A DNA stretch of 64,000 bases from an uncultured Rickettsiales bacterium (GCA_944391025.1 CALXSC010000110.1:2406-66405), one strand, 5' to 3'; positions 53,460-63,339 are shown, numbered from the stretch's first letter. Made by a program: numbers and translations. The notes: generated by a model from the letters alone, not told the origin.

Positions 53460-54284
53460 CAAGAAAGCTTTTTATTAGCCTCTATAGCTAATGATGAAGC
53501 TATGATTTATGAATTAATGGAGGGAGAAAAGGATTTACATACTCTAACTGCTAAATTAGTATTTTCAGAGATACCTAAAGATATGCCTGCTGATGAAGTT
53601 AAGAAAAAATATCATGATTTGAGACAGAAAGCTAAGGGATATGAGTTTGCATTTGGATATGGAGGATCTGCTCATACCTTAATGCAAAACTATGGACTTC
53701 CTAAGCAAGAAGCTGAGAGAATTTATAATTCATATATGTCTGGATTTTCAGGATTGAAACGTTATCAAGATTGGAGAAGACAAGATTGGAAAGAAAAAGG
53801 ATATATATTATTAAGTCCTATATTTGGTTTTAGAGCAAATATATATGATTATAAATATTTAGCCAAGTTAAAACAAAAATTTGATGATCCTGTATATAAA
53901 GAGTACTATAATGAAATGAAACAATCCAATCCTAATTGTAATACTGTTCAGGAAAGAAAGAATTATTACAAACGAATCTCTGAATCTGATAGACAATCTA
54001 TTAATTATTTAATTCAACATGCAGGTGCTCTTTGTACAATGACTGCTGCTATCATATTCTTCAATTATTTAAGACAGAACAATCTTCTTTTTAAAGTATT
54101 GATTACTGTAATGCCGTATGATGAATTTAATTGTGAAGCTCCTGAAGAGATAGCTAATGAAGTTGCTAATATTTTATATAAATGTATGGTAAAAGCAGGA
54201 AGTTATTATTGTACTAGATGTAAACTGGATGCAGATATAAGTACAGATAAAGAAGGTAATTTACCTACATATTGGATACATTAA
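53460..54284 (+). CDS. polA: family A DNA polymerase, exon 2
   Basis: Motif B RQKAKGYEFAFGYGGS, motif C VMPYDEF; 275 codons in frame. Confidence 0.85.
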   Translation, partial: QESFLLASIANDEAMIYELMEGEKDLHTLTAKLVFSEIPKDMPADEVKKKYHDLRQKAKGYEFAFGYGGSAHTLMQNYGLPKQEAERIYNSYMSGFSGLKRYQDWRRQDWKEKGYILLSPIFGFRANIYDYKYLAKLKQKFDDPVYKEYYNEMKQSNPNCNTVQERKNYYKRISESDRQSINYLIQHAGALCTMTAAIIFFNYLRQNNLLFKVLITVMPYDEFNCEAPEEIANEVANILYKCMVKAGSYYCTRCKLDADISTDKEGNLPTYWIH

Positions 54285-54287
54285 TTT

Positions 54288-54605
54288 ATGAAAAAAATAT
54301 TAATTTGTTTTGAACAAGGTCCATCAGTATATGAACCAGAATATCAAGAATTATGGGATCCTGAGGAAAATGTACATTTGTTTTCTATTAGAAACTTAAC
54401 TGAATGTCCAGAAGATGCTATTATTGGAAGAGATGTATTTGATGCCTGGGATATTGGACTGATGTTAGAACAAGGTATATTATATAGTAAGGGAGGATAT
54501 GATTCTATTGAAATTATATATGAATATTGTCCCGATAATGAAAATTTAGATAAATTTAGAAAAGAATATATAAATAATAAAGAATGGCTGAAAGATATTT
54601 ATTAA
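54288..54605 (+). CDS. hypothetical protein
   Basis: Track ORF 105 aa. Confidence 0.65.
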   Translation: MKKILICFEQGPSVYEPEYQELWDPEENVHLFSIRNLTECPEDAIIGRDVFDAWDIGLMLEQGILYSKGGYDSIEIIYEYCPDNENLDKFRKEYINNKEWLKDIY

Positions 54606-54748
54606 TTGGATGGCCAGAAATCCAGGAATTTATGGATAATCCTAGATGGTCTGAGTGTATATTTTGTACAGAAATTGAAGGACATCCTTGTCCAGATTCA
54701 ACATACGCTGTTCCTGAATCCTTATACAATAAAGTAGTAAGTATATGA
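54584..54748 (+). CDS. small hypothetical protein (54 aa)
   Basis: ATG 54584 to TGA 54746, ATGA overlap with next gene; Cys/His-containing. Confidence 0.4.
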   Translation: MAERYLLIGWPEIQEFMDNPRWSECIFCTEIEGHPCPDSTYAVPESLYNKVVSI

Positions 54749-55107
54749 TTAAAGAATATAAAATTGAACCATATCCTAGACGATTATGGGTTGCAAGTAA
54801 TGAAAATTTTGATGAAATAAAAGATCAGTTTAAATTCTGGGATGATATTGATGGATATACTCATGAGTATATTATATGTAATTTTTCTGCTATTGTATTT
54901 AGATGCAGTAAAGAAGATTATGCTGGATACCTAGTTTTTGTAACTGATGAGTACAACGATTCTGATCTAGTTCACGAAACAGGACATATCACATTACATG
55001 TATATGAAGATTGTGATATGAAATTAAAAAGAGGAATGGATCAAGAACCTTTTTGTTATTTACTTTCTTATATTTATAAATTAATTAAAGATGGGTTGGA
55101 CGACTGA
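54745..55107 (+). CDS. small HExxH-motif protein (putative Zn-metallopeptidase-like)
   Basis: DLVHETGHITLH in a 120-aa ORF. Confidence 0.5.
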   Translation: MIKEYKIEPYPRRLWVASNENFDEIKDQFKFWDDIDGYTHEYIICNFSAIVFRCSKEDYAGYLVFVTDEYNDSDLVHETGHITLHVYEDCDMKLKRGMDQEPFCYLLSYIYKLIKDGLDD

Positions 55108-55480
55108 TTTATTTTGTAATATTACTTTTCATAAGGAAACTTATGATAATAAATATAAAGTAGAGTCTGAAATAGAAGAATTGAATCAGAGTATTAAGGA
55201 AAGTGAAGAATATTTAAAGAAATTAGTTTTTATTACTGAACCTAACAAATTCTTTCCTGAAGATACCTTTTATTCTATAGATTCTGCTGTAAAAGATACT
55301 CTTGAAATACTACAAGAGGATTATATTAAGAAGTATAAACTGGAACTCCTATTAGATAATTGGGAAATGTGTCATACTGAAGATGGATTAGCAATTGATC
55401 CACCCGAAGGTATGGGATATGATACTGCTTATTTATCTGGAGATTTTATTAAAAGTATAAAACATCCTGGAGATGAATGA
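55091..55480 (+). CDS. hypothetical protein
   Basis: Track ORF 129 aa. Confidence 0.65.
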   Translation: MGWTTDLFCNITFHKETYDNKYKVESEIEELNQSIKESEEYLKKLVFITEPNKFFPEDTFYSIDSAVKDTLEILQEDYIKKYKLELLLDNWEMCHTEDGLAIDPPEGMGYDTAYLSGDFIKSIKHPGDE

Positions 55481-55715
55481 GACTAAAATGATAGAAGTAA
55501 AGGCTACTATTACTATGAGTAGATCTTTATATATAGAGGTTCCTATTGAAGCTACTAATGATGAAATTATTTCTAAAGCTAAGACAGAGATACTTATTCC
55601 ACAAGTTGCTTTAGAAACTGCAAATGCAGCATTAAGAAAAGTAGGAATTGTAATTAATGGTCTTGATTTAAAAGACTGGGAAACTAATAATATAGAATTT
55701 ACAATAAATGAATAA
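55473..55715 (+). CDS. hypothetical protein (paralog of the C-terminal part of 55937-56296)
   Basis: IEVKATITMSRSLYIEV...DWETNNIEFTINE vs IEVTVSITMSKTVKVLV...NWNVDEFEVVLE. Confidence 0.65.
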   Translation: MNETKMIEVKATITMSRSLYIEVPIEATNDEIISKAKTEILIPQVALETANAALRKVGIVINGLDLKDWETNNIEFTINE

Positions 55716-55839
55716 TTCTGAAAAAAGTTATCAAGTAGGATGGGTTTGCCCTAAATGTGGTAGTGTTTTTAGCCCTAATGAAAGCGAATGTAGATATTGT
55801 AATTCTAGACAATATATGACTATAACTTGTATGTATTAA
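55708..55839 (+). CDS. small zinc-ribbon protein (43 aa)
   Basis: CPKCG...(11)...CRYC; terminator follows directly. Confidence 0.45.
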   Translation: MNNSEKSYQVGWVCPKCGSVFSPNESECRYCNSRQYMTITCMY

Positions 55840-55866
55840 GGAGATAGGAAACTATCTCCTTTTATT
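55839..55866 (+). terminator. intrinsic terminator
   Basis: 9-bp stem AGGAGATAG/CTATCTCCT, GAAA loop, then TTTTATT. Confidence 0.7.
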
Positions 55867-55936
55867 ATGGAATAAAGAAGATTCTATATAAGATGTAAAA
55901 GATTTTGTTACTAATATTATATCAATAATAGACTTG

Positions 55937-56296
55937 ATGCAAAATAATTATGATTATCCGCTAGGATCTGATACTTCTGATGCTCCTTGGAATTATGAAC
56001 CACAACCCTCTCACGAAATAGAGGTTACAGTAAGCATTACAATGAGTAAAACTGTAAAAGTATTAGTAGATGATTATAAAGCTGAGAAGATGCAAGATAA
56101 GGATGGAAGTTATTACGATTATATAGATTATTCTGAATGTGATTTAGTAGGGGCAGTTCAAGATCAAATCTGTTTGCCTACTGAAGCAGCTGTATATATT
56201 GATAAATATGCCTCCAAAGCAGGATATATAACAGTCCCCGAAATAAAAGATTTAAGTAACTGGAATGTTGATGAATTTGAAGTAGTACTAGAATGA
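55937..56296 (+). CDS. hypothetical protein
   Basis: Track ORF 55934-56296 trimmed to ATG. Confidence 0.65.
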   Translation: MQNNYDYPLGSDTSDAPWNYEPQPSHEIEVTVSITMSKTVKVLVDDYKAEKMQDKDGSYYDYIDYSECDLVGAVQDQICLPTEAAVYIDKYASKAGYITVPEIKDLSNWNVDEFEVVLE

Positions 56297-56547
56297 AATA
56301 TAAATTAGAAATAGCATCTTCAGTAATTGGTGAAGATACTAAAGTAAAGGAAGCTTTACTTAAATGTCCTTTAGTTAAGGAAATTAATAATGAATTGTAT
56401 GTTAATATAGAGTATCTTAGTAATCTACAAGATTTATTAGACTATATTAGCGAGGATTGTTATAATTGGTATGGATGGAAACCAGAAGAGGTTATTGTTA
56501 ATCCTAAAGATATGTGCATTACACTTTATGATTATTATATAGAATAA
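56293..56547 (+). CDS. hypothetical protein
   Basis: Track ORF 84 aa. Confidence 0.6.
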   Translation: MKYKLEIASSVIGEDTKVKEALLKCPLVKEINNELYVNIEYLSNLQDLLDYISEDCYNWYGWKPEEVIVNPKDMCITLYDYYIE

Positions 56548-56549
56548 AT

Positions 56550-57488
56550 ATGAAACTAATTAAACCATCAGTAAAAATCTGGGAACAAGACCCTGGATTA
56601 GAGGGAATTTATAAAATTATTGAAAGAGCAGCTAAGGTTTGTTATAAGTCGGAGGGAAACATAACAGAAGATTCTGCTAAACCTTTTATTGATAATGTAC
56701 TTTTAAAAAGACACCATCACTCTCCTCTAGAACACGGTACTGTATATCTTAAAATACATTGGAGTAATGAATTACATAATGTATTTGGAGATATGTATAA
56801 GTTTTATTATGAAAATCCATATTCTAAAATAGTGAGAAAAGTACTTAATCATGATGATTTGTGTCCTGATTTATTTATTAGTACTAATTTTAGAGTTTTG
56901 ATAGAACATGATAGACTTAATGATTTACAATATCTATGTAAACCTACAGAATTTCATGAGAAGAGAATCACTGTTAAGTTTATTCTATCAAGAAGTATAG
57001 CTCAGGAGTATACAAGGCATAGAGTATTTAGCTATAGCATGGAATCTCAAAGATATTGTGCATATAATAAGGATAAATTTGGTAATGAAGTTACTTTTAT
57101 TATTCCTTGTTGGGCAGATTTACTTGAGGGTAATTATACTAATATAAGCAGACAGAATCCAGAAGATGGGGAATTTAAGCAAATAATGCTGCATGAAAAT
57201 AATATTAATGCTTATCCAGTAACTACTACTCCTGAAGGTAGATTCTTATGGCATTGCCTCTGGTCTGAACATGATTATTTTGACCTGTTAAATCAAGGAT
57301 GGAAACCTCAACAAGCAAGAGAAATATTACCTAATGCTTGTAAGACAGAGTTAGTAATGACTGGCTTTGTATCTGACTGGAAGCATTTCTTTAAATTGAG
57401 ATGTGCTGAAAATGCTCATCCTCAAGCAAGAGAGCTGGCTATTCCTTTAAAGGAGGAATTTATTAAGAGAGGATATATCAATGAATAA
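56550..57488 (+). CDS. thyX: flavin-dependent thymidylate synthase
   Basis: ThyX signature RHRVFSYSMESQRY (RHRxxS-x4-SxR), plus HHSPLEH. Confidence 0.9.
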   Translation: MKLIKPSVKIWEQDPGLEGIYKIIERAAKVCYKSEGNITEDSAKPFIDNVLLKRHHHSPLEHGTVYLKIHWSNELHNVFGDMYKFYYENPYSKIVRKVLNHDDLCPDLFISTNFRVLIEHDRLNDLQYLCKPTEFHEKRITVKFILSRSIAQEYTRHRVFSYSMESQRYCAYNKDKFGNEVTFIIPCWADLLEGNYTNISRQNPEDGEFKQIMLHENNINAYPVTTTPEGRFLWHCLWSEHDYFDLLNQGWKPQQAREILPNACKTELVMTGFVSDWKHFFKLRCAENAHPQARELAIPLKEEFIKRGYINE

Positions 57489-57533
57489 ATAATAAAAAGA
57501 TACTAAAAAATCAGTTGAGATAAAAATTAATTT

Positions 57534-57935
57534 ATGAAAAAACTTATTTTAATTTTACTTGCCACTATATTTAGCATATCTATGTATAGTGAAATTTTAA
57601 CGTGTAGAACTAATCTATTTGCAATAAATGAGTATAATGAATATTACGGTAAATGGACTGGTTGGAGTGATTGGGAAGAATCTAACATGTTAGTTACTAT
57701 CGACGCAAATGAAGGAGTTGTTGTTATAAATTCTCCTTATCGTCAAGTATACTCTTTTATCTCTAATGCTAGAGATTATTATGATTCGGATAATGAACGT
57801 AATATTGAGGTTAAATTCATAGACCAAGATGGAGATAGAGGAACTCTTAGGCTTATTTTAAGAAATTCAGGAAATCTTGAAATGTATATTAATTTTAATA
57901 ATGTACGATGGTGTTATCAATTAAAACCTCTTTAG
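57534..57935 (+). CDS. hypothetical secreted protein (ends in TAG)
   Basis: Track ORF; N-terminal signal-like MKKLILILLATIFSISMYS. Confidence 0.65.
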   Translation: MKKLILILLATIFSISMYSEILTCRTNLFAINEYNEYYGKWTGWSDWEESNMLVTIDANEGVVVINSPYRQVYSFISNARDYYDSDNERNIEVKFIDQDGDRGTLRLILRNSGNLEMYINFNNVRWCYQLKPL

Positions 57936-57936
57936 T

Positions 57937-58134
57937 ATGGAAGTAACAACTAGGAAAACAGTATGGGAAGAACTTAGTAAATTTGATGCTCTTTCTAACG
58001 ATACAATTGAAGTGACCGAATGGTTAAATGGAGAAGGATGGGATATTTCTATTGGAGATACTCATCTATCTTTAACTAGAGGTACATTAGCTGCTATTAA
58101 TTATCTTGTTAACACTCTAGATTATAATAAATGA
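57937..58134 (+). CDS. hypothetical protein
   Basis: Track ORF 65 aa. Confidence 0.6.
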   Translation: MEVTTRKTVWEELSKFDALSNDTIEVTEWLNGEGWDISIGDTHLSLTRGTLAAINYLVNTLDYNK

Positions 58135-58448
58135 AAAGTTTTAATGTATTAGTACATGACCGTAACTCTCGGGAATTAGAGAGTTACGATGTTATTCCTT
58201 ATTTAATGGATTGCTATATTAAAAAGAAAGATAAACCTAAAACGTTTGAAGAATTTAGAGAATTTATTCGTAAGGAAAGTATGTATCAATGGTGGGGAAG
58301 ATGTCAATATGAAATTTTAGTATCCGATTGGCCTTCAGAAAAACGTACTGATAAAATTGATGTTCATTATCAAGTAATGATGAATCTTGATATTATAACA
58401 GAAATAGTAATTAACGAAACACTAAATGGAAAAGCAGAAAATAATTGA
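58131..58448 (+). CDS. hypothetical protein
   Basis: Track ORF 105 aa. Confidence 0.65.
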   Translation: MKSFNVLVHDRNSRELESYDVIPYLMDCYIKKKDKPKTFEEFREFIRKESMYQWWGRCQYEILVSDWPSEKRTDKIDVHYQVMMNLDIITEIVINETLNGKAENN

Positions 58449-58686
58449 TGAAGTTATGGATTTTTTAGATTTTAATAAAATCCATAAAGTTATGCTTCTA
58501 TTAAATTGGGAATGGGCTAAATATAATCAAGTTCCAGAACCTTATGAGATAAGACAATTTCTAAGGGAACTTCTACATGAATTTATTGATCAAGAATTAA
58601 ATGAATTACAATGTGGGGGTTTCTATATAAGAAAGTATAATGAAGGGATTCGAGTATCCTTTGAAATAGAAACTTTGGAAGTATGA
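58426..58686 (+). CDS. hypothetical protein
   Basis: Track ORF 86 aa. Confidence 0.6.
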   Translation: MEKQKIIDEVMDFLDFNKIHKVMLLLNWEWAKYNQVPEPYEIRQFLRELLHEFIDQELNELQCGGFYIRKYNEGIRVSFEIETLEV

Positions 58687-59249
58687 TACACTGTAGAAAA
58701 TGGGGAGATAAATGGTATAAAAACATAATAGCATTTTCTATCGAAAATCCATTAAAAACTTGGTGGAAAGCTAAAAAGTATTTTAAGTTCCCTAATATCT
58801 CTATACGCTTTAGTAATGATAAATATAGTTTTCCTTATGCCAGTAAATTCTGGCAAGGAAAACTACTTGATATAAATATACACGATGTATATTGGAAGGA
58901 TAAATATGATAGTCCTAGGCATGAAAGAAATCCGCTAATTTATATTTGTTTATTTGGCAAATTTAGTATATGGATAGTCTTTTATAAAAAATGGATAAAT
59001 GAATTTGGAGATAAGACAGATGAATCTTTTCATTATTGGGAATATATGTTAGATTATCTTTATTATTCTAAGTCTTTAAAATTAAGTTCATATTGGACTT
59101 TTGATTCTAAGATTGTTAAAACTAAGATATTTGGAAATGCAGAAGACGGAAGCGAAGTTAAACCAATGAAAATGTATATTCCAGAACATCTTATTTCTCT
59201 AAACAAACGTGGACTAAAAGAATTTAAACAATTATATAAAAATGGCTAA
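58683..59249 (+). CDS. hypothetical protein
   Basis: Track ORF 188 aa. Confidence 0.7.
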   Translation: MIHCRKWGDKWYKNIIAFSIENPLKTWWKAKKYFKFPNISIRFSNDKYSFPYASKFWQGKLLDINIHDVYWKDKYDSPRHERNPLIYICLFGKFSIWIVFYKKWINEFGDKTDESFHYWEYMLDYLYYSKSLKLSSYWTFDSKIVKTKIFGNAEDGSEVKPMKMYIPEHLISLNKRGLKEFKQLYKNG

Positions 59250-59529
59250 TGTATGTAATAATTTGATGTATGTATCATCTGATTCTGAAGATAATATACA
59301 AACAGTATTAGATTTTTTTAAGGATTGGACTGCAGATATAGATGCAAATGATACAGAACTAGACATATATTTTGATTCTAAATGGACTTTTCCTTTAGAA
59401 GAAATGAATAAATTATATAAGTTAATTCCTGATAAGGAAGATATTTATATGAGATGCTTAAGTTATGAATTTGGATGTCTTTATTACGAGTTATGGATTT
59501 GTGATAAAGATGGATGGAAAACTGTATAA
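59242..59529 (+). CDS. hypothetical protein
   Basis: Track ORF 95 aa. Confidence 0.65.
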   Translation: MANVCNNLMYVSSDSEDNIQTVLDFFKDWTADIDANDTELDIYFDSKWTFPLEEMNKLYKLIPDKEDIYMRCLSYEFGCLYYELWICDKDGWKTV

Positions 59530-59783
59530 ATTTATTTAAAATGGAATTAGAATATACTAATGGATGTATTTGTATGTCATTAACTGTAGATAACGTAGAA
59601 ACAATTAATATGGATATTAATGAACTTAAGAGTATTCTTCATAAAATGATAGATAATCTTGATGACATTAGTGATTTACAATCTATATTTTGTTATTATC
59701 TAGAAACTTTTGGTGAATATGAGGATTTAGGTACGTGTGATGAATGTGGCGATTCTATATGCAGATTTACATTAAACATTTAA
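59514..59783 (+). CDS. hypothetical protein
   Basis: Track ORF 89 aa. Confidence 0.6.
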   Translation: MENCINLFKMELEYTNGCICMSLTVDNVETINMDINELKSILHKMIDNLDDISDLQSIFCYYLETFGEYEDLGTCDECGDSICRFTLNI

Positions 59784-59959
59784 TATAATGATTAAAAATA
59801 CTACTAAGGAAATAATAAGTCTAATCTTAACTTGTCTTGTAGTTATATTTATATTATTAGCTATATCTATAATTGGATCTATATGGTTTAGTGTGCCTTA
59901 ATGATTTTTATGATTGATTTATAGAAATTGAGATAGAAATAAAACAAAACCAAGAAGAT

Positions 59960-60493
59960 ATGGAAGAAAAGACTAATAAAGAATCTAAGAAAATAGAACT
60001 TAACGATTTAGTCAATGAATATATAAATGAACTTATTGACTATGATGAGTTTGAAAAGGGAATTATAGAATGGAGTGTAAAGTATTCCAATTTAGAGAAT
60101 ATTGGAAAGAATTTGAAACCATTTGACTTAAATTCTGCAAAAGCAGGCAAGCCCGTCTGTACAAGAGATGGGAGACAGGTAAGAATTATTTGCTTTGATA
60201 AAAAGAATGATTATTATCCTATAGTGGCACTTGTAGAGATAGATGGGAAAGAGTGTATATTTCAATATACAAAAGATGGAGAATATTTAGATGGAAATGA
60301 AAACTGTTCTCATTATAATCTCATGATGCTCCCTGAAAAGAAAGAGGGATGGGTGAATGTGTACCATGGTCTTAATGAAATATCTGAACGTGTTTGTGGT
60401 GATATAGTTTCCAATACGAAAGAAGAGGCTATTCAACATGCACAAAATGAGGCTAGCTATATCACAACTGTTAAAATTGAATGGGAGGAATAG
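59960..60493 (+). CDS. hypothetical protein, WEE-tail paralog family (ends TAG TAG)
   Basis: KPFDLNSAKAGKPVCTRDGRQVRIICFD, KKEGWVNVY, TTVKIEWEE. Confidence 0.75.
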   Translation: MEEKTNKESKKIELNDLVNEYINELIDYDEFEKGIIEWSVKYSNLENIGKNLKPFDLNSAKAGKPVCTRDGRQVRIICFDKKNDYYPIVALVEIDGKECIFQYTKDGEYLDGNENCSHYNLMMLPEKKEGWVNVYHGLNEISERVCGDIVSNTKEEAIQHAQNEASYITTVKIEWEE

Positions 60494-60541
60494 TAGATTG
60501 TTAGATGTAGATAATAAATTAACTAAAAGTTTAACACAAAA

Positions 60542-61225
60542 ATGAAAATATGTTGTATATCAGATCTCCATGGATTTTTACCAGAATTACAGGAATGTGA
60601 ACTGGTGTTAATTTGTGGAGATTCTGTTCCATTAAATTATCAATCGGATTCAGAATATACTTATATATGGTATTCTACTATATTTAAAAAATGGGCAAAA
60701 GGTTGTCCTTGTAATAAAGTATTATTTATTGCAGGAAATCATGACAAAAAACTGCAATACAATTACGATACATATAAAGACTTGTTTAATAACAAGAGTA
60801 AAGTAACATATTTGGAACATGAAGAATATACATATATAAGTAAAGAAGGAAAAGAATATAAAATATTCGGTACTCCTTATTGTCATGAGTTTGGTAATTG
60901 GGCTTTTATGGATTCTGATGAAGCTTTAGAGGATTTATACTATGAAATTCCAGGAAATCTAAATATTTTAATGTCTCACGATACTCCTTATGGAGCGTGT
61001 GATATATTACTTCAAAAGGATTATACAAGAGCTACAGGAGAACATCTAGGAAATAACCCTTTAAGGAAAGCTATTGAAGCAACCCAACCTAATTATTGTT
61101 TTTGCGGACATCTTCATTCAGGAAACCATGAATGTGAGACTATAAATAATACTAAAGTATATAATTGCAGTATGAAAGATGAATTTTATCAAGTTGCTTA
61201 TAATCCCTTATATTTAGAAATATGA
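60542..61225 (+). CDS. calcineurin-like metallophosphoesterase
   Basis: ISDLHG, CGDSV, AGNHD, MSHDTP, GHLH. Confidence 0.75.
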   Translation: MKICCISDLHGFLPELQECELVLICGDSVPLNYQSDSEYTYIWYSTIFKKWAKGCPCNKVLFIAGNHDKKLQYNYDTYKDLFNNKSKVTYLEHEEYTYISKEGKEYKIFGTPYCHEFGNWAFMDSDEALEDLYYEIPGNLNILMSHDTPYGACDILLQKDYTRATGEHLGNNPLRKAIEATQPNYCFCGHLHSGNHECETINNTKVYNCSMKDEFYQVAYNPLYLEI

Positions 61226-61410
61226 ATAATAATATATTAGAACAACTCTCTAAAGAACATACAGAACAAGTATTAGAAATATTTAAAGATGGTATGTATG
61301 ATGATGTTAGAGCTACTATAAAAACATTATCTGCTGCATCTTTTCGTATAGGGTTTAGAAGTGCAGTTAGTATTATGGCTGAAACGATAAAAACCTTAAT
61401 GGATAATTAA
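61222..61410 (+). CDS. hypothetical protein
   Basis: Track ORF 62 aa. Confidence 0.6.
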   Translation: MNNNILEQLSKEHTEQVLEIFKDGMYDDVRATIKTLSAASFRIGFRSAVSIMAETIKTLMDN

Positions 61411-61552
61411 AATATGGAATATAGTACAGAGTATAAGAAATGTATACACGATCCTATTTACTTTATAGAACACTATGTTACCGTCAATGATAAGCCTATA
61501 ACATTAACTCCATATCAAAAGCTCATGCTGAAACAATTTACAAAAAAACATC

Positions 61553-61834
61553 ATGATATCCGCAAAAGAAGCTAATAAAAGAACTGTTGAAGCAATTAAA
61601 AATAATAAAATGCTACAGGAGAAAATAAAAGACATATATTATCTAGAAACTTTAGATAAAATAGAAAAGCATATCAAGAAACAAATTGAAAAAGGATATT
61701 CCTTTGTAGATCTAAAGACAGGATGGATGCAACCTAATGCAGAAAGAGTAATTAAAGAATTACAGAGTAATGGCTATAAAGTCACTTTATATCCATCAGA
61801 TATTGTGTCTGAATATATATTAATTGAGTGGTAA
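61553..61834 (+). CDS. hypothetical protein
   Basis: Track ORF 93 aa. Confidence 0.6.
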   Translation: MISAKEANKRTVEAIKNNKMLQEKIKDIYYLETLDKIEKHIKKQIEKGYSFVDLKTGWMQPNAERVIKELQSNGYKVTLYPSDIVSEYILIEW

Positions 61835-61835
61835 T

Positions 61836-62336
61836 ATGACTGATATTGATAATCTGATAAAACAAGCTCTAAAGTCTCAAAATAAAACTGAACTTAGGGC
61901 TTATCGTAATTTGAAAGCTGAATTTCTAAAGGCAGAAACAGCTAAGAATGCTAAACCTATTGATGAGGCTGAACAAATACGAATAATACAAAAATATTGT
62001 CAAACCTTAGAGAAGTCAATTTTAGACTTTTCTGAGGCTCGTAGAGAGGACTTGGTATCTGAATATAGAGATGAATTGGAAATATTAAAAAAGTTGCTTC
62101 CTGAGCCTGTAAATAAGTCACAGATATATTCTGAGCTTCGTATATGGGCTGGGCAAAATAAATTAATTGAAATGTATTTAACTGAAAAAGGCGTTTATCA
62201 ATTTGATGCTATTGAAGTTAGTAAACCCTTTATTCCAAAGAAGGAAATGGGAAATGCCATTAAATATCTAAAATCTAAGTTCCCTCAAGCAGATGGTAAA
62301 ATGATTTCTAATATAGTAAAAGAATATGTCAATTAA
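61836..62336 (+). CDS. GatB/YqeY-domain protein
   Basis: LIKQALKSQNKTELRAYRNLKAEFLKAE......I....Q..IIQKY.QTLEKS...F..A.REDLV..Y..ELEILKKLLPEP follows the YqeY pattern as I recall it. Confidence 0.6.
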   Translation: MTDIDNLIKQALKSQNKTELRAYRNLKAEFLKAETAKNAKPIDEAEQIRIIQKYCQTLEKSILDFSEARREDLVSEYRDELEILKKLLPEPVNKSQIYSELRIWAGQNKLIEMYLTEKGVYQFDAIEVSKPFIPKKEMGNAIKYLKSKFPQADGKMISNIVKEYVN

Positions 62337-62565
62337 AGAAATTGTAACACTAAAAGAACCTGCTAAGTTTAGTCATGCTATAGCTGGAGTTTTATATTAT
62401 ACAATAGATACCAAAGATAAGACAATTATGTTTCCAGTAGATATGAATAACAAAGAGGATGTAGGAACTACAACGTTTGTAGCAGAATATAAACCTATTA
62501 CTTTAATGAGATATATTAGAAAAGCTATAGATTCTGACAATTTGGTTATTGCAAACAAAAAGTAA
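62326..62565 (+). CDS. hypothetical protein
   Basis: Track ORF 79 aa. Confidence 0.6.
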   Translation: MSIKEIVTLKEPAKFSHAIAGVLYYTIDTKDKTIMFPVDMNNKEDVGTTTFVAEYKPITLMRYIRKAIDSDNLVIANKK

Positions 62566-62590
62566 TGGAAATTAATGATTTATATAGTAT

Positions 62591-63130
62591 ATGATGTTTA
62601 ATTTTACAGGAAATTATTAGACTTTAGAAGAACTAAAAGAGCATGTAACTTATAACTATAGTACTGGGGAATTTTATTGGAAAACAGCTAAAAGTCATAG
62701 AAAATTAAATAAACCAATAGGATGTAAAAGTGACAGATATTATGTAGCAACTTTTAATCAAATAAAATATCTTCTACATAAATTAGCTTGGTATTTTTAC
62801 TACGGTGAGTACCCAGATTTTCAGATAGACCATATCAATCAAGATACACATGATAATAGAATAACAAATCTAAGAAAGACGACAGATAAGGATAATAGTA
62901 GAAATAAACCTAAACGAAGAGATAATAAAACAGGAGTTACTGGAGTTTATTTTGAAAGTTATACTAAAAAGTATCGTGCAAATATAATTGATAATGATGG
63001 AAAATGTATTAGAAAACGATTTACTACATTGGATGAAGCAAAATCCTGGCGCGATTCAAAAGCTATTGAATTTGGGTATTATGAGAACCACGGACGAGAG
63101 TTGTCAAGACTACCATATAGGAAAAAGTAA
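62591..63130 (+). CDS. free-standing HNH (HNH_3-type) plus AP2-domain homing endonuclease; one in-frame TAG (62618)
   Basis: 179 codons checked; YLLHKLAWYFYYGEYP...IDHINQDTHDNRITNLR; AP2-like TGVTGVYFESYTKKYRANI...FTTLDEAKSWRDSKAIEFG. Confidence 0.75.
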
Positions 63131-63338
63131 TTATTCAGAACATATAATCCAGCCGTGGCATTTGTGGCAAGAATATAACTTAGATCCTTGGGATGCTGAT
63201 ATAATTAAAAGAGTACTTAGAACTAAAGAGGAGCAAGGTAAAACTCTAAAAGAATCTAGAATACAAGATTATGAAAAGATCATTCATATATGTCAAGAAA
63301 AGATAAGACAATTATCTGTACAAACTTTACCTTTTTAA
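63081..63338 (+). CDS. DUF3310-like protein; start uncertain, 5' end overlapped by the HNH gene
   Basis: Track ORF 62988-63338; YSEHIIQPWHLWQEYNLDPWDADIIKRVLR resembles DUF3310 from memory. Confidence 0.55.
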   Translation: MRTTDESCQDYHIGKSNYSEHIIQPWHLWQEYNLDPWDADIIKRVLRTKEEQGKTLKESRIQDYEKIIHICQEKIRQLSVQTLPF

Positions 63339-63339
63339 T

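Noticed and set aside
61414-61575. 53-codon ORF whose sequence (DPIYFIEHYVTVNDKPITLTPYQKLML) resembles the N-terminus of large terminase subunits. It ends after an A7 run and overlaps 61553-61834.
   Set aside because: Only about 30 residues of vague similarity, judged from memory. The downstream frame is not terminase-like, so I cannot tell a relic from coincidence.
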